Source: an uncultured Acidobacteriota bacterium (lineage in GTDB: Bacteria; Acidobacteriota; Thermoanaerobaculia; UBA5066; DATFVB01). Taken from it: a stretch of 64,000 bases of DNA. The first letter of the stretch is position 1; every line of letters starts with the position of its first letter. Of this stretch, positions 41,922 to 52,162 are shown piece by piece. The notes beneath the pieces were generated by a model. The model saw nothing but the letters and a program-made list of their open reading frames with translations, ran no database searches and was not told the origin of the DNA. The DNA is taken from NCBI GenBank assembly GCA_963813155.1, contig CAWEYG010000003.1:128001-192000 (forward strand), given 5' to 3'. The position numbers and the translations under genes were made by a program.

Positions 41922-43265
41922 ATGGTAGAGGGGAGTGGGAGCGTGGCGCCCGGACGCAGCGACGTTCGCATCAGCATGCTGCTGGGGCTCGTCTGCCTGC
42001 TCGTCTACAACGCGAACCTGAGGTCGATCGGCGCCGGCGACACGCTTCCGCGCCCGATACCTGCCGTTCGGCATCTGGCACTACGGCAGCGTGCTCCTCG
42101 ATCCGATCCGCGACGCGACGGCCGAGGGCCAGGCCACTCCCTACTGGATCCAGACGGGTCGGAACGGGCATTCGCTGTCGTTGTACCCGGTCGTGCTTCC
42201 GGTGCTCGTCGCGCCGCTTTATCTTCCGGCGGTCGTCTACCTGAACGCTCGGCGGATGGACTCCGGAACATCTGCGGCTGCGTGGCGGCCGTGATGGAGA
42301 AGTTGACGGCCTCCCTGATCGCCGCCGCGGCTTCGAGTCTGCTCTACCTGCTCCTTCGCCGCCGGGCCCGGCCGGCGGACGCGCTGCTGCTCACGCTGGC
42401 CTTCGCCTTCGGCACGAATACCTGGATGATCGGCAGCCAGGCTCTCTGGCAGCATGGACTTGCGGAGCTCCTCCTCGTCGGCCTCCTGCTCCTGCTCACC
42501 GCGCCTTGCAGCACCCGCGCGCGCGCTGGCGGCGGGCGTGCTGTGCGGCCTCATCGCGGCCAACCGACCTCCCGATGCCATCCTGGCGGGGGCGCTCGGG
42601 CTCTTCGGTCTCTTCTGGGCGGGGCGCCGGGCGCCCTGGCTGGCGGCGGGGGCCGCCGTCCCCCTCGGCCTGGTGCTGACCTACAACCTCGCTGCGGCGG
42701 GGCACCTCGCCGGCGGCTACGGGATACCCCGGACGGCGGGGTTCTTCCACCACGGACTGTTGACCGGCGTCGCGGGCCTGCTGTTCAGCCCGACGCGCGG
42801 GCTATTCGTCTTTTCGCCGTTTCTCCTCCTCTGTGCCCGCCGGCTCTCCGGCTCCGCGATCGCGACGGCGAGCGGGATCGAACGCTGACTCTCGTCATCG
42901 GTGTCGCCGCGGTCACCCAGATCCTGTTTTACGCGAAGACCGACTGGCGGGCCGGCTATTCCTGGGGGCCGCGCTGGCTCACCGACGTCCTTCCCCTGTT
43001 GGTCTGGCTGCTCCCGCCGGCGCTCGCGGCCCTCCGTCGGCGGGCCGTGCCGCTCTTCGTGCTGGCGAGTCTGCGCCTCGATCGCGATTCAGGCGATCGG
43101 CGCGTTCTGGTACACGGGCGCGAGCGACGGGCGATTTTCGCGGTCCGTTCCGGCCCCGGAGAGATGCGGGCGGCCTGGGATCCCCGGAACACTCCGTTCA
43201 TCGCCGAGCTGCGACACGAGCGGGCCTCCCCGCAGCCGGAATTCGCGAACTGGACGAGCATCTGA
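41922..43265 (+). CDS. Multi-TM membrane protein, GT-C/ArnT-like (several frameshifts)
   Basis: SQALWQHG, GLLFSPTRGLFVFSP and W.AGYSWGPRWL motifs across frames. Confidence 0.6.
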   Translation: MVEGSGSVAPGRSDVRISMLLGLVCLLVYNANLRSIGAGDTLPRPIPAVRHLALRQRAPRSDPRRDGRGPGHSLLDPDGSERAFAVVVPGRASGARRAALSSGGRLPERSADGLRNICGCVAAVMEKLTASLIAAAASSLLYLLLRRRARPADALLLTLAFAFGTNTWMIGSQALWQHGLAELLLVGLLLLLTAPCSTRARAGGGRAVRPHRGQPTSRCHPGGGARALRSLLGGAPGALAGGGGRRPPRPGADLQPRCGGAPRRRLRDTPDGGVLPPRTVDRRRGPAVQPDARAIRLFAVSPPLCPPALRLRDRDGERDRTLTLVIGVAAVTQILFYAKTDWRAGYSWGPRWLTDVLPLLVWLLPPALAALRRRAVPLFVLASLRLDRDSGDRRVLVHGRERRAIFAVRSGPGEMRAAWDPRNTPFIAELRHERASPQPEFANWTSI

Positions 43266-43269
43266 AGGG

Positions 43270-44283
43270 CGGACATCTGGCCATCGCCCGCGGGAGAAGA
43301 ACGACCTCGCGGCCGCGGCCCGGAACGCGGCAGCGCTCCTCACCTCCCACCAGCAGGCGGCGGGCTTCTGGCTCACGTCCTACACGGCGACACCGCGATT
43401 CGAGAACCCACGCCCGGAGAACAACACGTTCCTCACCTCGATGATGGTGGATCTGCTCGACGCCGGTCGCCGCGGGGGCGGGCGTCGAGCGAGAGCCTCG
43501 CGCGCGCGCGCGCTTATCTCCGCGACCAGATCGAGGCGAGCGGGCTCGTGCGCTACCACGGCCGGCCCGACGGGCCGACCATTCCCGCGCTCGGTTGCGC
43601 GATCACGCCGGATGCGGACGACACCGCTCTCGTCTGGAGGATCGCGGGACGCGACCGCGGAACGCTCCTGCCGCAGGCGCTCGCGGTCCTCACGCAATAC
43701 CGCACCCGCGAGGGTCTCTACCGCACCTGGCTGGCGCCGCGCGAGCGCTATGAATGCATCGACCCCGGAAAGGACCCCAACCCGGCCGACGCCGGCATTC
43801 AGATGCACGTGTTCCTGCTCCTCGCGCAGGCGGATCCGCCGGCGGCCCGCTGCCCTCTGCGGCGCTCTGCAGGGCGCGATCGGCGAGGACCGGTCTGGGT
43901 CTACTACGAGAAGGCGCCTCTCGTGCCGCTGCTGCGGCAAGCCGATCTCCGCCGGGCGGATGCCCGCTCCGCGTCCCCGAGGAGCGCGTGCGCGTCGCGG
44001 CGGCGGATCAGGAGGTCTGGCTCTCCGCGGTTCGGCTGCTCGATCGGCTGCGGAGCGGGGAGAATTCCGCTTCGTTATCGTCGGAGACGCTCTCCGTGCT
44101 CCGGGTTCTTTCGGCCGACGGGTTTTCCCTCGTCCGCCGCACTCCGCCCCTGCTGTACCACAACGATTTCACCGCGCGAACGTCCGCGCTTCTACTGGTC
44201 GGAAGACTTCGGGTACGCGCTCTGGCTGAGGCTGTACCTGGAGAGCACAGGTCGGGTTCATGGCGGGTTGGCGCATTCGTAAC
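43270..44283 (+). CDS. Class II terpene cyclase-like domain (several frameshifts; may be fused to the upstream membrane protein)
   Basis: LLTSHQQAAGFW (QW-like repeat) and PDADDTA (DxDDTA) motif. Confidence 0.55.
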
Positions 44284-45153
44284 GCGGCTTCCGGAGCCCT
44301 TCGGCGCTATCTCTCCTGCATCCGCTACCGCGAGATCCTCCTGCTGCAGGGCTCGCCCCTGCTCGGCGCCGCCTTTTCCCTGCCGAACGCGAGCGCAGGC
44401 CGGCTCCTGTCGCTCTCCATCTTCGTGTGCGCCAGCGTCCTTCTCGTCGCCCACATCTTCGTTTTCAACGACTGGGCCGGGATGGAGGGAGATCTCAACG
44501 ATGCCAACCGGGCCGCGGGGGTCTTCGCGGCGAAGGGAATTCGCCGCGAGGCGATCGGCACGCTGTGGCTCGCGCTTCTGGCGCTGAGCGTCGCGCTGTT
44601 CGGCTTCCTCGGGGTCCGCCCGCTGGCGATCGCCCTCGCGATCGCCGCCTGCAGCTTCGTCTATTCGCTGCCCGGCTCCCCGGCAAAGGGCATTCCGATC
44701 CTCGGATCGGCGATTCATCTTGGCGGGGGAATGCTCCATTTCCTCCTCGGCTATTCGCTGTTCCGCGCGATCGACGGACGGGGAATCGCGCTGGCTTCTC
44801 TTTTCGGCCTCGCCTTCGCGGCCGGACACCTCAACCAGGAAGTGCGGGACATCGAGGCCGACAGCCGGAACCGGATAAAAACGAACGCCGTGGCGTTCGG
44901 CGAGAGAACCACGTTCCTCGCCGGCCTCGCGCTCTTCACTCTCGCCTACGCGCAACTGGCCATCCTCGCGGCCGCCGGAGTGATCCCGGGCTGGCTCGGC
45001 TTGCTCGCCCTCCTCTATCCCTTGCACCTCTACTGGTCCTGGAAGACGCTCTCGGCGGGACTGAGTTTCGAAAGCATCCGCAGTTTTCAGACGCGCTACC
45101 GCGCGCTCTTCGCCGTCATCGGCGCGAGCATGGGGGCGGCGATGCTGGCCTGA
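44260..45153 (+). CDS. UbiA family prenyltransferase
   Basis: FNDWAGMEGDLND, YSLP..K, QEVRDIEAD..IKT; multi-TM. Confidence 0.88.
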   Translation: MAGWRIRNAASGALRRYLSCIRYREILLLQGSPLLGAAFSLPNASAGRLLSLSIFVCASVLLVAHIFVFNDWAGMEGDLNDANRAAGVFAAKGIRREAIGTLWLALLALSVALFGFLGVRPLAIALAIAACSFVYSLPGSPAKGIPILGSAIHLGGGMLHFLLGYSLFRAIDGRGIALASLFGLAFAAGHLNQEVRDIEADSRNRIKTNAVAFGERTTFLAGLALFTLAYAQLAILAAAGVIPGWLGLLALLYPLHLYWSWKTLSAGLSFESIRSFQTRYRALFAVIGASMGAAMLA

Positions 45154-45187
45154 CGATTTCGCGCACGTGGAGTCTGTGGATCGTGCG

Positions 45188-45282
45188 GGCCATCACCGAT
45201 CCCGATCCGGCCGCCGCCAAGCGCGCGTTCGACGCGATGATGGAGATGACGAAGATCGACATCGCGGCAATCGAGGCAGCGC
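45188..45282 (+). repeat. 95-bp direct repeat, copy 1 (3' end of a VOC/PhnB-like gene)
   Basis: Encodes AITDPDPAAAKRAFDAMMEMTKIDIAAIEAA; one mismatch versus 49630-49724. Confidence 0.9.
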
Positions 45283-45385
45283 CGGCGGGTCGGGCCTCTT
45301 CCCGTTTCGGCGGTCCCCAATCGGAAAGACGGAGGGCAACGGCTTCGCTCGGGGAACGTACATGGTTTGAGAGGTCCAGAACATT

Positions 45386-45861
45386 GTGAAACAGCCAGCA
45401 GTTACGAATTTGGCACGTCGGCGCACGACCCGGGTTCTCTTGCTCGGCGCAGTCTCGCTCGTGCTCCTCTTGGTCGGTTGTCACGATTCAAATAATCGTC
45501 ACCGGCCAAGAAGTCGTCATGGGCCTCGCAGTCAAGGGGACGTATCGGCGGACCTCGCCGTACCTGTGGAGGATCTGGCCCGGTGGTCGTTTCGGTTGTT
45601 CAAACAGGGTCGGAAGTTTCAGCGGTCATACCGGGATTTGGTCATATCGAGTGTACCGCGGCGCCGGCGGGCACGCTTCCGCGGGTTACCGGCGCCACTC
45701 TGACAGTGGAGAACGTCTGCGGGCATCTCACCGAGACCTACAGCTACTTGCCCACGGATGATGGCCGGGTGCTGACGTGGTTTTTGCGGCCGAGCGCGGC
45801 GAGTCGTGCGGTTGCGGATCCGGAACGCTGGCAATTAGCCTCTAAGCTGACGCCCAAATGA
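45386..45861 (+). CDS. Putative lipoprotein (frameshifted)
   Basis: Lipobox LLLVGC; continues in the ORF 45583-45861 frame. Confidence 0.45.
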
Positions 45862-46355
45862 TCCCAGCGTCGCGGAAGGGTCCATCATTCGCCGCAGTAC
45901 TAGCCTTGCTGCTGAGTTGCTGCGTAGCCTTCGCCGGTGATGCCCAGATCAAATCCCCATCGGAGTGGCGGTCGGAACCGTCCTCGTACCGGGGAGTCGA
46001 GTGGTGCGCCACGGAACAGTCGGTCCGCAAGACCTTGCCGACAGAAGAATGCAATGCCATGTCGCAGGCCGAACCCGAACATCGGTTTTGCACCGTGGAA
46101 ATGCTGTTTCCAAAATCAATGGCGCGGGTGGCAGAGGTATATGAGTTCAAGAGCGATCATCTGGCGTCCGTCTCGGTCGAGTTCCGAAAGAAGTCATTTG
46201 CGAGCGCGGTGTCGCTCCTCGAGAAACAGTTCGGGCCGCCCAGCAGCGTCGCACCATCGGGCGACTTCCTCTGGCGTGGGGAGAAGGTCAGGCTGACCGC
46301 TCGACGTGATCGGCCGTCGCCGCTTGCGTGGTTCGAGGTTCTAAAGTGCCCTTAG
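45858..46355 (+). CDS. Exported hypothetical protein
   Basis: Signal peptide; LEKQFGPP motif; followed by a degenerate attC. Confidence 0.7.
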   Translation: MIPASRKGPSFAAVLALLLSCCVAFAGDAQIKSPSEWRSEPSSYRGVEWCATEQSVRKTLPTEECNAMSQAEPEHRFCTVEMLFPKSMARVAEVYEFKSDHLASVSVEFRKKSFASAVSLLEKQFGPPSSVAPSGDFLWRGEKVRLTARRDRPSPLAWFEVLKCP

Positions 46356-46368
46356 CTTCAGCGGGCCC

Positions 46369-46427
46369 GGCGAGCATGTCGTTGCAGCGGACCGCGGTTC
46401 TCGCCGCTGTAGCTGGGTCGGATGGGA
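46369..46427 (+). repeat. Degenerate attC-like site
   Basis: CATGTCGTTGCAGCGGAC..TCGCCGCTGTAGCTGGGTCG. Confidence 0.6.
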
Positions 46428-46433
46428 TTCAAG

Positions 46434-47636
46434 CTATGGGGTGCGATGAATTGGCGCAACAGTGACTGGCAGGGCCGGCGTGATCCGTGGAACAGAGCGC
46501 CCGACCATGAGCTCTAAGATACCTGGCCCGCCGACTGCGTAAAGGCGGGTTCCGTCAGTTGAAAGGACGAGTTGAAGAATATGCGTTCGGGGTAGATTCC
46601 GCTCGATCGTCATCCAAGTCAGGCCGCCGTCAGTACTCTCGTAGGCGTCTCCGGCGCCGATTTCGCAATATCCGAAGCTTCCGGCAAAGACGTGCGAGGG
46701 GTTTCGAGGATCCACCGCCAGTGTAAGGCCGAAGGTGTCCCCCGGCGGCGTGCTCATCGGCTCCCAGGTTTCACCGGCATCTACGCTCCGAAAGAAAAGA
46801 GGCGGCACGTCGTCACTCTGCGCGCTCTCGAGGTTCAGGGCCGAGGCGGAAGACGGACAACCGATCGAGGTACCAAAAATCGCGTACACGACCGCGGAAC
46901 CACTTCCCATACCGGCCAGCCCCGGAGACCAGTCGGTCAGCTGCGGGAAGCCCGTGTTGACCTCATACCAGGACGCCCCGCCGTCAGTCGTTTTTTCCAT
47001 TCCAAGATAGGAGTCGCACAGATGAATGACGGACGAGGAGTCGGGATCGACGAGAAAGCCTGAAAAGTTGAGAGTCAACGGCTGATGAGTGTTCGTCGAT
47101 TTCGGGCCGATCGAAACCCAGTTTGCGCCGAGATCGGTACTCTTGAGTAGGGCATCATTCGTGAGCAGGAACAGGCCCCTTGGGTTGGAAGGGTCGGGTT
47201 GGAGATCGATAACGTAGGAGTTCGGGGCCGCGGGAAAGGGAATTGGATACCATGACTGCCCCAGATCGTTCGTCGCATCGATCTCGGCCTGATTCTTAGC
47301 ATAAGACGAACCGCTCGCGAAAAATGTTCCGCCGGCATATGCGCGAACGATCGTGTTAGCTGGTGAGGGAGTTCCTCTTGGGAGCCAGGTCGATCCTCGA
47401 TCGTTGCTTACATAGAGGCGATCGCAATACGCATACAACTGTGACGCCTCCGCCGGATCGACAAAAATCGTCCAACAGCCTACCGCCCCCAACCCCACGC
47501 TCGCGCTTTCCCATTCCCCGCCCGAAGCCGGTGCCGGCCGTGCGGAAATCAATGACATTGCTCCGACGAAGAGTGCCAAAAGCACCTTAATCCGCCTGGA
47601 TCGCGGCCCGCCGCGGCGGCTGGGTTGGTCTGTCAT
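46434..47636 (-). CDS. Secreted BNR/Asp-box repeat protein
   Basis: SNDRGSTW, STDLGANW, TTDGGASW, SVDAGETW, STDGGLTW. Confidence 0.85.
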   Translation of the reverse strand: MTDQPSRRGGPRSRRIKVLLALFVGAMSLISARPAPASGGEWESASVGLGAVGCWTIFVDPAEASQLYAYCDRLYVSNDRGSTWLPRGTPSPANTIVRAYAGGTFFASGSSYAKNQAEIDATNDLGQSWYPIPFPAAPNSYVIDLQPDPSNPRGLFLLTNDALLKSTDLGANWVSIGPKSTNTHQPLTLNFSGFLVDPDSSSVIHLCDSYLGMEKTTDGGASWYEVNTGFPQLTDWSPGLAGMGSGSAVVYAIFGTSIGCPSSASALNLESAQSDDVPPLFFRSVDAGETWEPMSTPPGDTFGLTLAVDPRNPSHVFAGSFGYCEIGAGDAYESTDGGLTWMTIERNLPRTHILQLVLSTDGTRLYAVGGPGILELMVGRSVPRITPALPVTVAPIHRTP

Positions 47637-47901
47637 GATCTTGCGGAAGAAGAGAACATAGGAATACTCCCAAGGAATCACCCCACCACTGTACGTCCGA
47701 GCGCCAAGCCGCGCACTTCATTTTCCGATCTTTCACGATTTTTGGCTCTTCGGCGGGCCGGCCACAACGTGGCCGTTTCGAACGCTTCTCGGCCATTCCT
47801 CCGATGGCGACGATTTCGATGTCCTCGCTTTCCTCCGGGCGAACCAGTCTCTGGAGCGAGGCGTCGACCTGGGAGTCCGGTCTTTCTGGCGAGCGCCTCC
47901 C

Positions 47902-48750
47902 CTAAGGGTTAAACCCCGAGTACGTGCTGACGGACCCCGAGCTATTCACGCAGTACAGCTGACCCCACAGAGCCGCGCCCCCTGCATCCTGGGTGACGTC
48001 CAGGACACCGTTTGACAGCGACACGCCACCGAGCTGGCCGCCGATATCGGGGATGAAGAGATTCGCACACCCCTTGGAGAGAGATGGCGCATTTAGGGGG
48101 AGAAGGCAATCACTGCTGCGGTTAGAGACATTCGTGGAACCGAGTACTTGACCCGATGAATCACGCAGTGTCACCGTGGCCGTGAGGCTGATTGTACTGA
48201 AGTCGGTATCGATGCTCGTCAGGACGAGGTTGCAATGCGCCTCGTCGTTCTTCGAGATTCCGGGGAACGTGAGGTGTGTCGGCTGGGGACGTGAGAGTAT
48301 CGTCGGCACGCTCAGTACTGGGAATTCTGTCTGTGCGTTCGTTCCGCGATTCACAGCGTGAACGTGGGCGACCGGAAGCTGCGTCGGTGAGCCCGGACAC
48401 GCCGCGCATGACGCGATGAATAGGGTGAAGACGTGGCCCGGGCCAAGGGCGGCGATCGGAGGCGTACCGTCGGGGTTGATACCGTCGCTTGGTATCGTGA
48501 GCGTTTGGCTACCATGCGGAGGAAGTGTCGCGCTCGTCGTATTGCAGCCGAAGTCGCAGCCACCGATCGCGTTGAATGCGAATTCCGAGATCACCACGGT
48601 GATCGGCAGGTCGAAGGGGTTCGCAAGCTCGATTTGGCTGTCCCACAGCCCGAGTGATCCAACCCCAGCGGCGACCAGCGCGTTTTGGGCGCGTACCTGA
48701 GACACCACCAGGAAACCTACGAGCAGCAAAGCTAGTACCCTGATTTTCAT
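47902..48750 (-). CDS. Secreted hypothetical protein (paralog of the 49847-50902 C-terminal domain)
   Basis: GGAGG RBS, signal peptide, shared motifs with the paralog. Confidence 0.8.
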   Translation of the reverse strand: MKIRVLALLLVGFLVVSQVRAQNALVAAGVGSLGLWDSQIELANPFDLPITVVISEFAFNAIGGCDFGCNTTSATLPPHGSQTLTIPSDGINPDGTPPIAALGPGHVFTLFIASCAACPGSPTQLPVAHVHAVNRGTNAQTEFPVLSVPTILSRPQPTHLTFPGISKNDEAHCNLVLTSIDTDFSTISLTATVTLRDSSGQVLGSTNVSNRSSDCLLPLNAPSLSKGCANLFIPDIGGQLGGVSLSNGVLDVTQDAGGAALWGQLYCVNSSGSVSTYSGFNP

Positions 48751-48922
48751 AACCACCTCCACGTAATCGTACCGCGGGTTGTTGCGCTTCCATGGGTTGC
48801 CAGAGAGGGGGCAAGGTCAGCTGTTGTCACGGGGTTGAGGCGTCTCAGACCCCACTTCCGTTCGCCTCCGGAGCTAACGCTGGTGGTTCCAGATTCCACC
48901 TCGTCCCGGTTGGGAAAACGGG

Positions 48923-49106
48923 GGGCATGGACAACTTGGGTCGAGACGAGACGGTCACCCGGAGCCGCCGGGGAGAGGGAGCTCTGGGGCAATCGGAACG
49001 ATTTCTTGGCTTGGTGTGGCTGTGGCTGTTTTTCCCGTCCACCGGAGGAAATTCGTGGCGCGGGCGAGCACGGGAGGCAAACACGAAAATAACGGCGGGG
49101 GATCGT
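48923..49106 (-). repeat. Conserved non-coding element, copy 1
   Basis: Inverted homolog of 53970-54164. Confidence 0.88.
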
Positions 49107-49155
49107 GATTGCCGGCCTTCACTCAAGAACCCCTTTGCCCGCTTGCGAGAAAGTT

Positions 49156-49178
49156 TGGAGCGGGCAATCGGGGTCGAA
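49156..49178 (-). repeat. 3' fragment of tRNA-Gly (att-like)
   Basis: Reverse complement TTCGACCCCGATTGCCCGCTCCA matches tRNA 53899-53921 at 22/23. Confidence 0.85.
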
Positions 49179-49237
49179 GCGGTGGTAAACTAACCCCAGT
49201 TTTCGTGTCGAAACGTTCGGGGAGAGGGGGGGCCGAG

Positions 49238-49612
49238 ATGTCGCTTTCAACCCGCCTGTTCTGTCTGACGCTGGCAATTTCGTTGATCTCCTGCGGTGGC
49301 GGTGATTCTCGCTCGTCGCCAACCGAAAGTGTTGTCGTGCCGAACGCGAGTTTCTCTTACGTGGCCTGGAACGCGGTCGGGAGCACGGTTCAGTTTCGGA
49401 ACGCATCGACCGGCAACCCGACGCAATGGTCATGGAATTTCGGAGATCCAACCTCGGGAGCGCGCAACACGTCAACCCTTCCGAACCCTACCCACGTTTA
49501 CTCCACGGCAGCCATCTACGTGGTTACTCTGACCGTATCGAATGCGCGAGGATCATCCGCGCCGGCAACCGGAACCGTGAATGTGGGAGTTGGGAGCCCC
49601 TGGGATTATTAG
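49238..49612 (+). CDS. PKD-domain lipoprotein
   Basis: LISCGGG lipobox; WSWNFGD, NPTHVY, VTLTVSN. Confidence 0.85.
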   Translation: MSLSTRLFCLTLAISLISCGGGDSRSSPTESVVVPNASFSYVAWNAVGSTVQFRNASTGNPTQWSWNFGDPTSGARNTSTLPNPTHVYSTAAIYVVTLTVSNARGSSAPATGTVNVGVGSPWDY

Positions 49613-49629
49613 AACCACCAGTTGACCCA

Positions 49630-49735
49630 GGCCATCACCGATCCCGATCCGGCAGCCGCCAAGCGCGCGTTCGACGCGATGATGGAGATGACGAAGATCG
49701 ACATCGCGGCAATCGAGGCAGCGCGCCACGGCTGA
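49630..49735 (+). repeat. 95-bp direct repeat, copy 2 (49630-49724), running on to the VOC-like gene stop
   Basis: ..KIDIAAIEAARHG*. Confidence 0.9.
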
Positions 49736-49846
49736 GGAGCCTGTCCCTAATTCGGGGGTCCCGCGATGAGAAGTGGGGAGACGTGCGGCCTCGCCGCAGA
49801 AGTCGGGTCGGGGTGGAAAGGTATTGCTTCGTTGAAGGAGTGTTCA

Positions 49847-50902
49847 ATGTCCTATCGGGCGAGATCGATTTTCTATGTCATCGTGAGTGTGGCCGTGGTT
49901 TTGCCGCATTTGGGCGCCGACGAGGGGCCACCATTCATCGCCGGAACCTTTCATGTCGCGTCGGGACTGATTTCCGAGGCCGATCCGGCAAACGGGCCCA
50001 GGGCGTTCGCGGGCAGCCCGATCGCGTTCGAAGCAGATACGACGCCCGACATTGCGAAATTCGAGTGGGACATGGGCGATGGCACTCACCTGACGGGGTG
50101 GACGGTTACTCACGCGTTCTCCAGCCCGGGAACGGAGACAATTTCGCTCAAAGTCACTGAGTTGAGTGCGCCTTACACCATGTCTTCGTCGGCAAGAAAT
50201 ATCCGGATCGTGCCGAATTTCACGCAGGGGGATTCCTTCGTCACGATCGGAGGCAACCTTGGAAACTGGGGGATCGAGGCGTTGGTTTCCAATCCGTTGG
50301 ACGAAGCGGTCGCGTATGGTTACGTCCATTGGCCACAAGCATGTCCCGGAGAGTGTTTTCCGGGACGCTTTCAAATACCCCCTTACGGAACAACCTACGT
50401 AAATCTAGGCGGGGAGGACTTTCTCTCGACCGGATACATCACGATCCCGGAGGGAGCGCCGGCTCCATCGATCCGTGCGCGGGCGGTCAACGCCACGGAC
50501 TCGAACAAAACGAACGACATTCCCGTCGCTCGCCTCTCGAATTTGGTCATTTCAGACCCGTCCTCGTTATCGTTCCCGGGGGTAAAAAAGACCTCCACAG
50601 CTCAGAGCAACCTGTTTCTAACCGCCCTTTCACTCCCGGATCTGTCCTGGGGCTCTTCGGCTTCCGGCATGATCGAGATCCGCGACTCGACTGGAACTCT
50701 TCTCGCAAGTACGCCTTTCAGCGTTGACGCTGGCGGCGAGGTCCTTGTCGTGGAAGACGTCGTAGGCACGCTCGGAATCGAGTCGCTCGATCAGGGTCAG
50801 GTTCGTGTCGTCAGAACGTCTCCGGATGGTTATGTGTGGGGTCTGCTCGCGACCACGAACATCGACGGGTCTACATCAATCAGCGTGGGAACGAATCCCT
50901 GA
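49847..50902 (+). CDS. Secreted PKD-domain protein
   Basis: AAGGAG RBS; FEWDMGDG..VTHAFSSPG; preceded by a degenerate attC right half (49783-49812). Confidence 0.8.
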   Translation: MSYRARSIFYVIVSVAVVLPHLGADEGPPFIAGTFHVASGLISEADPANGPRAFAGSPIAFEADTTPDIAKFEWDMGDGTHLTGWTVTHAFSSPGTETISLKVTELSAPYTMSSSARNIRIVPNFTQGDSFVTIGGNLGNWGIEALVSNPLDEAVAYGYVHWPQACPGECFPGRFQIPPYGTTYVNLGGEDFLSTGYITIPEGAPAPSIRARAVNATDSNKTNDIPVARLSNLVISDPSSLSFPGVKKTSTAQSNLFLTALSLPDLSWGSSASGMIEIRDSTGTLLASTPFSVDAGGEVLVVEDVVGTLGIESLDQGQVRVVRTSPDGYVWGLLATTNIDGSTSISVGTNP

Positions 50903-50979
50903 AGGGGATGATTCAGAGTGTTCAATTCGCGGGAGTGAGAATCACGTCGCCGCTGAATCTGGGCCTCTTCGATGGGCCT

Positions 50980-51492
50980 TCAGTCCGGTAGCGGCGGTCG
51001 TGGGACATCACCCCAGCGGGTTCCGCAGGCTTTGCACTGCCACTTCGGCAACTTGCCAGCATACTTCGCGAGGGCGATGAGTCCGGCGAGAAGAATCGGG
51101 AATCCCCAGGCTGCGGAGACGATCTCCCGCGTGATCAACGCGAGCATCGCGCCGATGAACGGGACCGCAATAAAGACGACATAAGGCGGCAGGGGGCGTG
51201 GATCGCCGGTACGGCACAGAGGGCACGTGAGCTCGGGGTCCGGTTCTTCTAGCTCGTCCGTGCTGACGTCGTCGAGTGTCGTCGGCGGACCAAGAATTTG
51301 GTTGGCCTGATCGGCCTGGCTCTGGGGAACCCGAAGCTCGACGACCGCGCTTCCGAATGAATACGCCCCGGATTCGCTCGAGAGCGACGCGTCGACACCT
51401 CCCGCAGCCAGCTTCTCTTGGTCCTGCTTGGCCAAATCGGGTGTGGCATAGCTTCGCACGATCGCGAACTCGCCGGTTTCGGCGTCGCTCAT
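50980..51492 (-). CDS. DUF2007-like protein with zinc-ribbon motifs and TM helices
   Basis: LAAGGVDA..VELRVP, CPLC, two TM segments, CKACG. Confidence 0.75.
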   Translation of the reverse strand: MSDAETGEFAIVRSYATPDLAKQDQEKLAAGGVDASLSSESGAYSFGSAVVELRVPQSQADQANQILGPPTTLDDVSTDELEEPDPELTCPLCRTGDPRPLPPYVVFIAVPFIGAMLALITREIVSAAWGFPILLAGLIALAKYAGKLPKWQCKACGTRWGDVPRPPLPD

Positions 51493-51634
51493 TGGCGCGT
51501 GACGGTATCACGACCCGCCTTGAGATCAGGACCGAGAATAGGCTAACCCTTCGCCGTGAAAGGGCGGTGCCCGCCACAGTCTCACCCTCTTGGTTGAAGC
51601 GGCGTATGCTTCGTGAAAAGCGAGGAAGTCGAAG

Positions 51635-52129
51635 ATGCGAAGACAGCTCGTGATGGTTGCCGCCTTGTCGGCCATTCTCGCCGGGTTCGCGAATGCGCAG
51701 ACCGTGTCGGCCATATCCCCCGAAATGCATATCTTCAGCTCGCCGATGATTCTTGAGGTAGCCCCTTTAATGTTTCAAGGCGACGTTTTCCAGGTCGACC
51801 TCAAGAACTATTCGTGCCGAGGCGTAACGATTGAGAACTTTTTCATATTCAGAAATTGGGGCAGTTCGAACCGGAAGACCGCGACGACTCCCGAAAACCG
51901 CGCTCTCGATCTTCGAGCGGCTCTCTTCAACAGCAGCGCCAAGGATAAGCAGTCAGTCCTGAGAGTAGACCTGATCGCTGGAGAGAGTGTGGTATCGAGT
52001 GGAGCATTGGCCATGAATACGAGTCCTGACGAAAAGAGAGTCGATCATCGCCCCTTTCCAAACCCACCAAACCCAGAAGAACTCGCGAAAGCAAAAATCC
52101 GAATCACGATGACTTGCCCGGACCGTTAG
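51635..52129 (+). CDS. Exported hypothetical protein
   Basis: Signal peptide ending ANA-Q; low GC. Confidence 0.7.
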   Translation: MRRQLVMVAALSAILAGFANAQTVSAISPEMHIFSSPMILEVAPLMFQGDVFQVDLKNYSCRGVTIENFFIFRNWGSSNRKTATTPENRALDLRAALFNSSAKDKQSVLRVDLIAGESVVSSGALAMNTSPDEKRVDHRPFPNPPNPEELAKAKIRITMTCPDR

Positions 52130-52162
52130 CGTGATACCCGGCGCGAGAAAACACGACAGCCT

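Noticed and set aside
3819-44283. Frameshifts in GT4, deacetylase, M16 protease, mccA, PQQ-like protein and others as programmed frameshifting or mass pseudogenisation
   Set aside because: Scattered single-base indels in otherwise intact genes with no shared slippery motif; most likely long-read consensus errors
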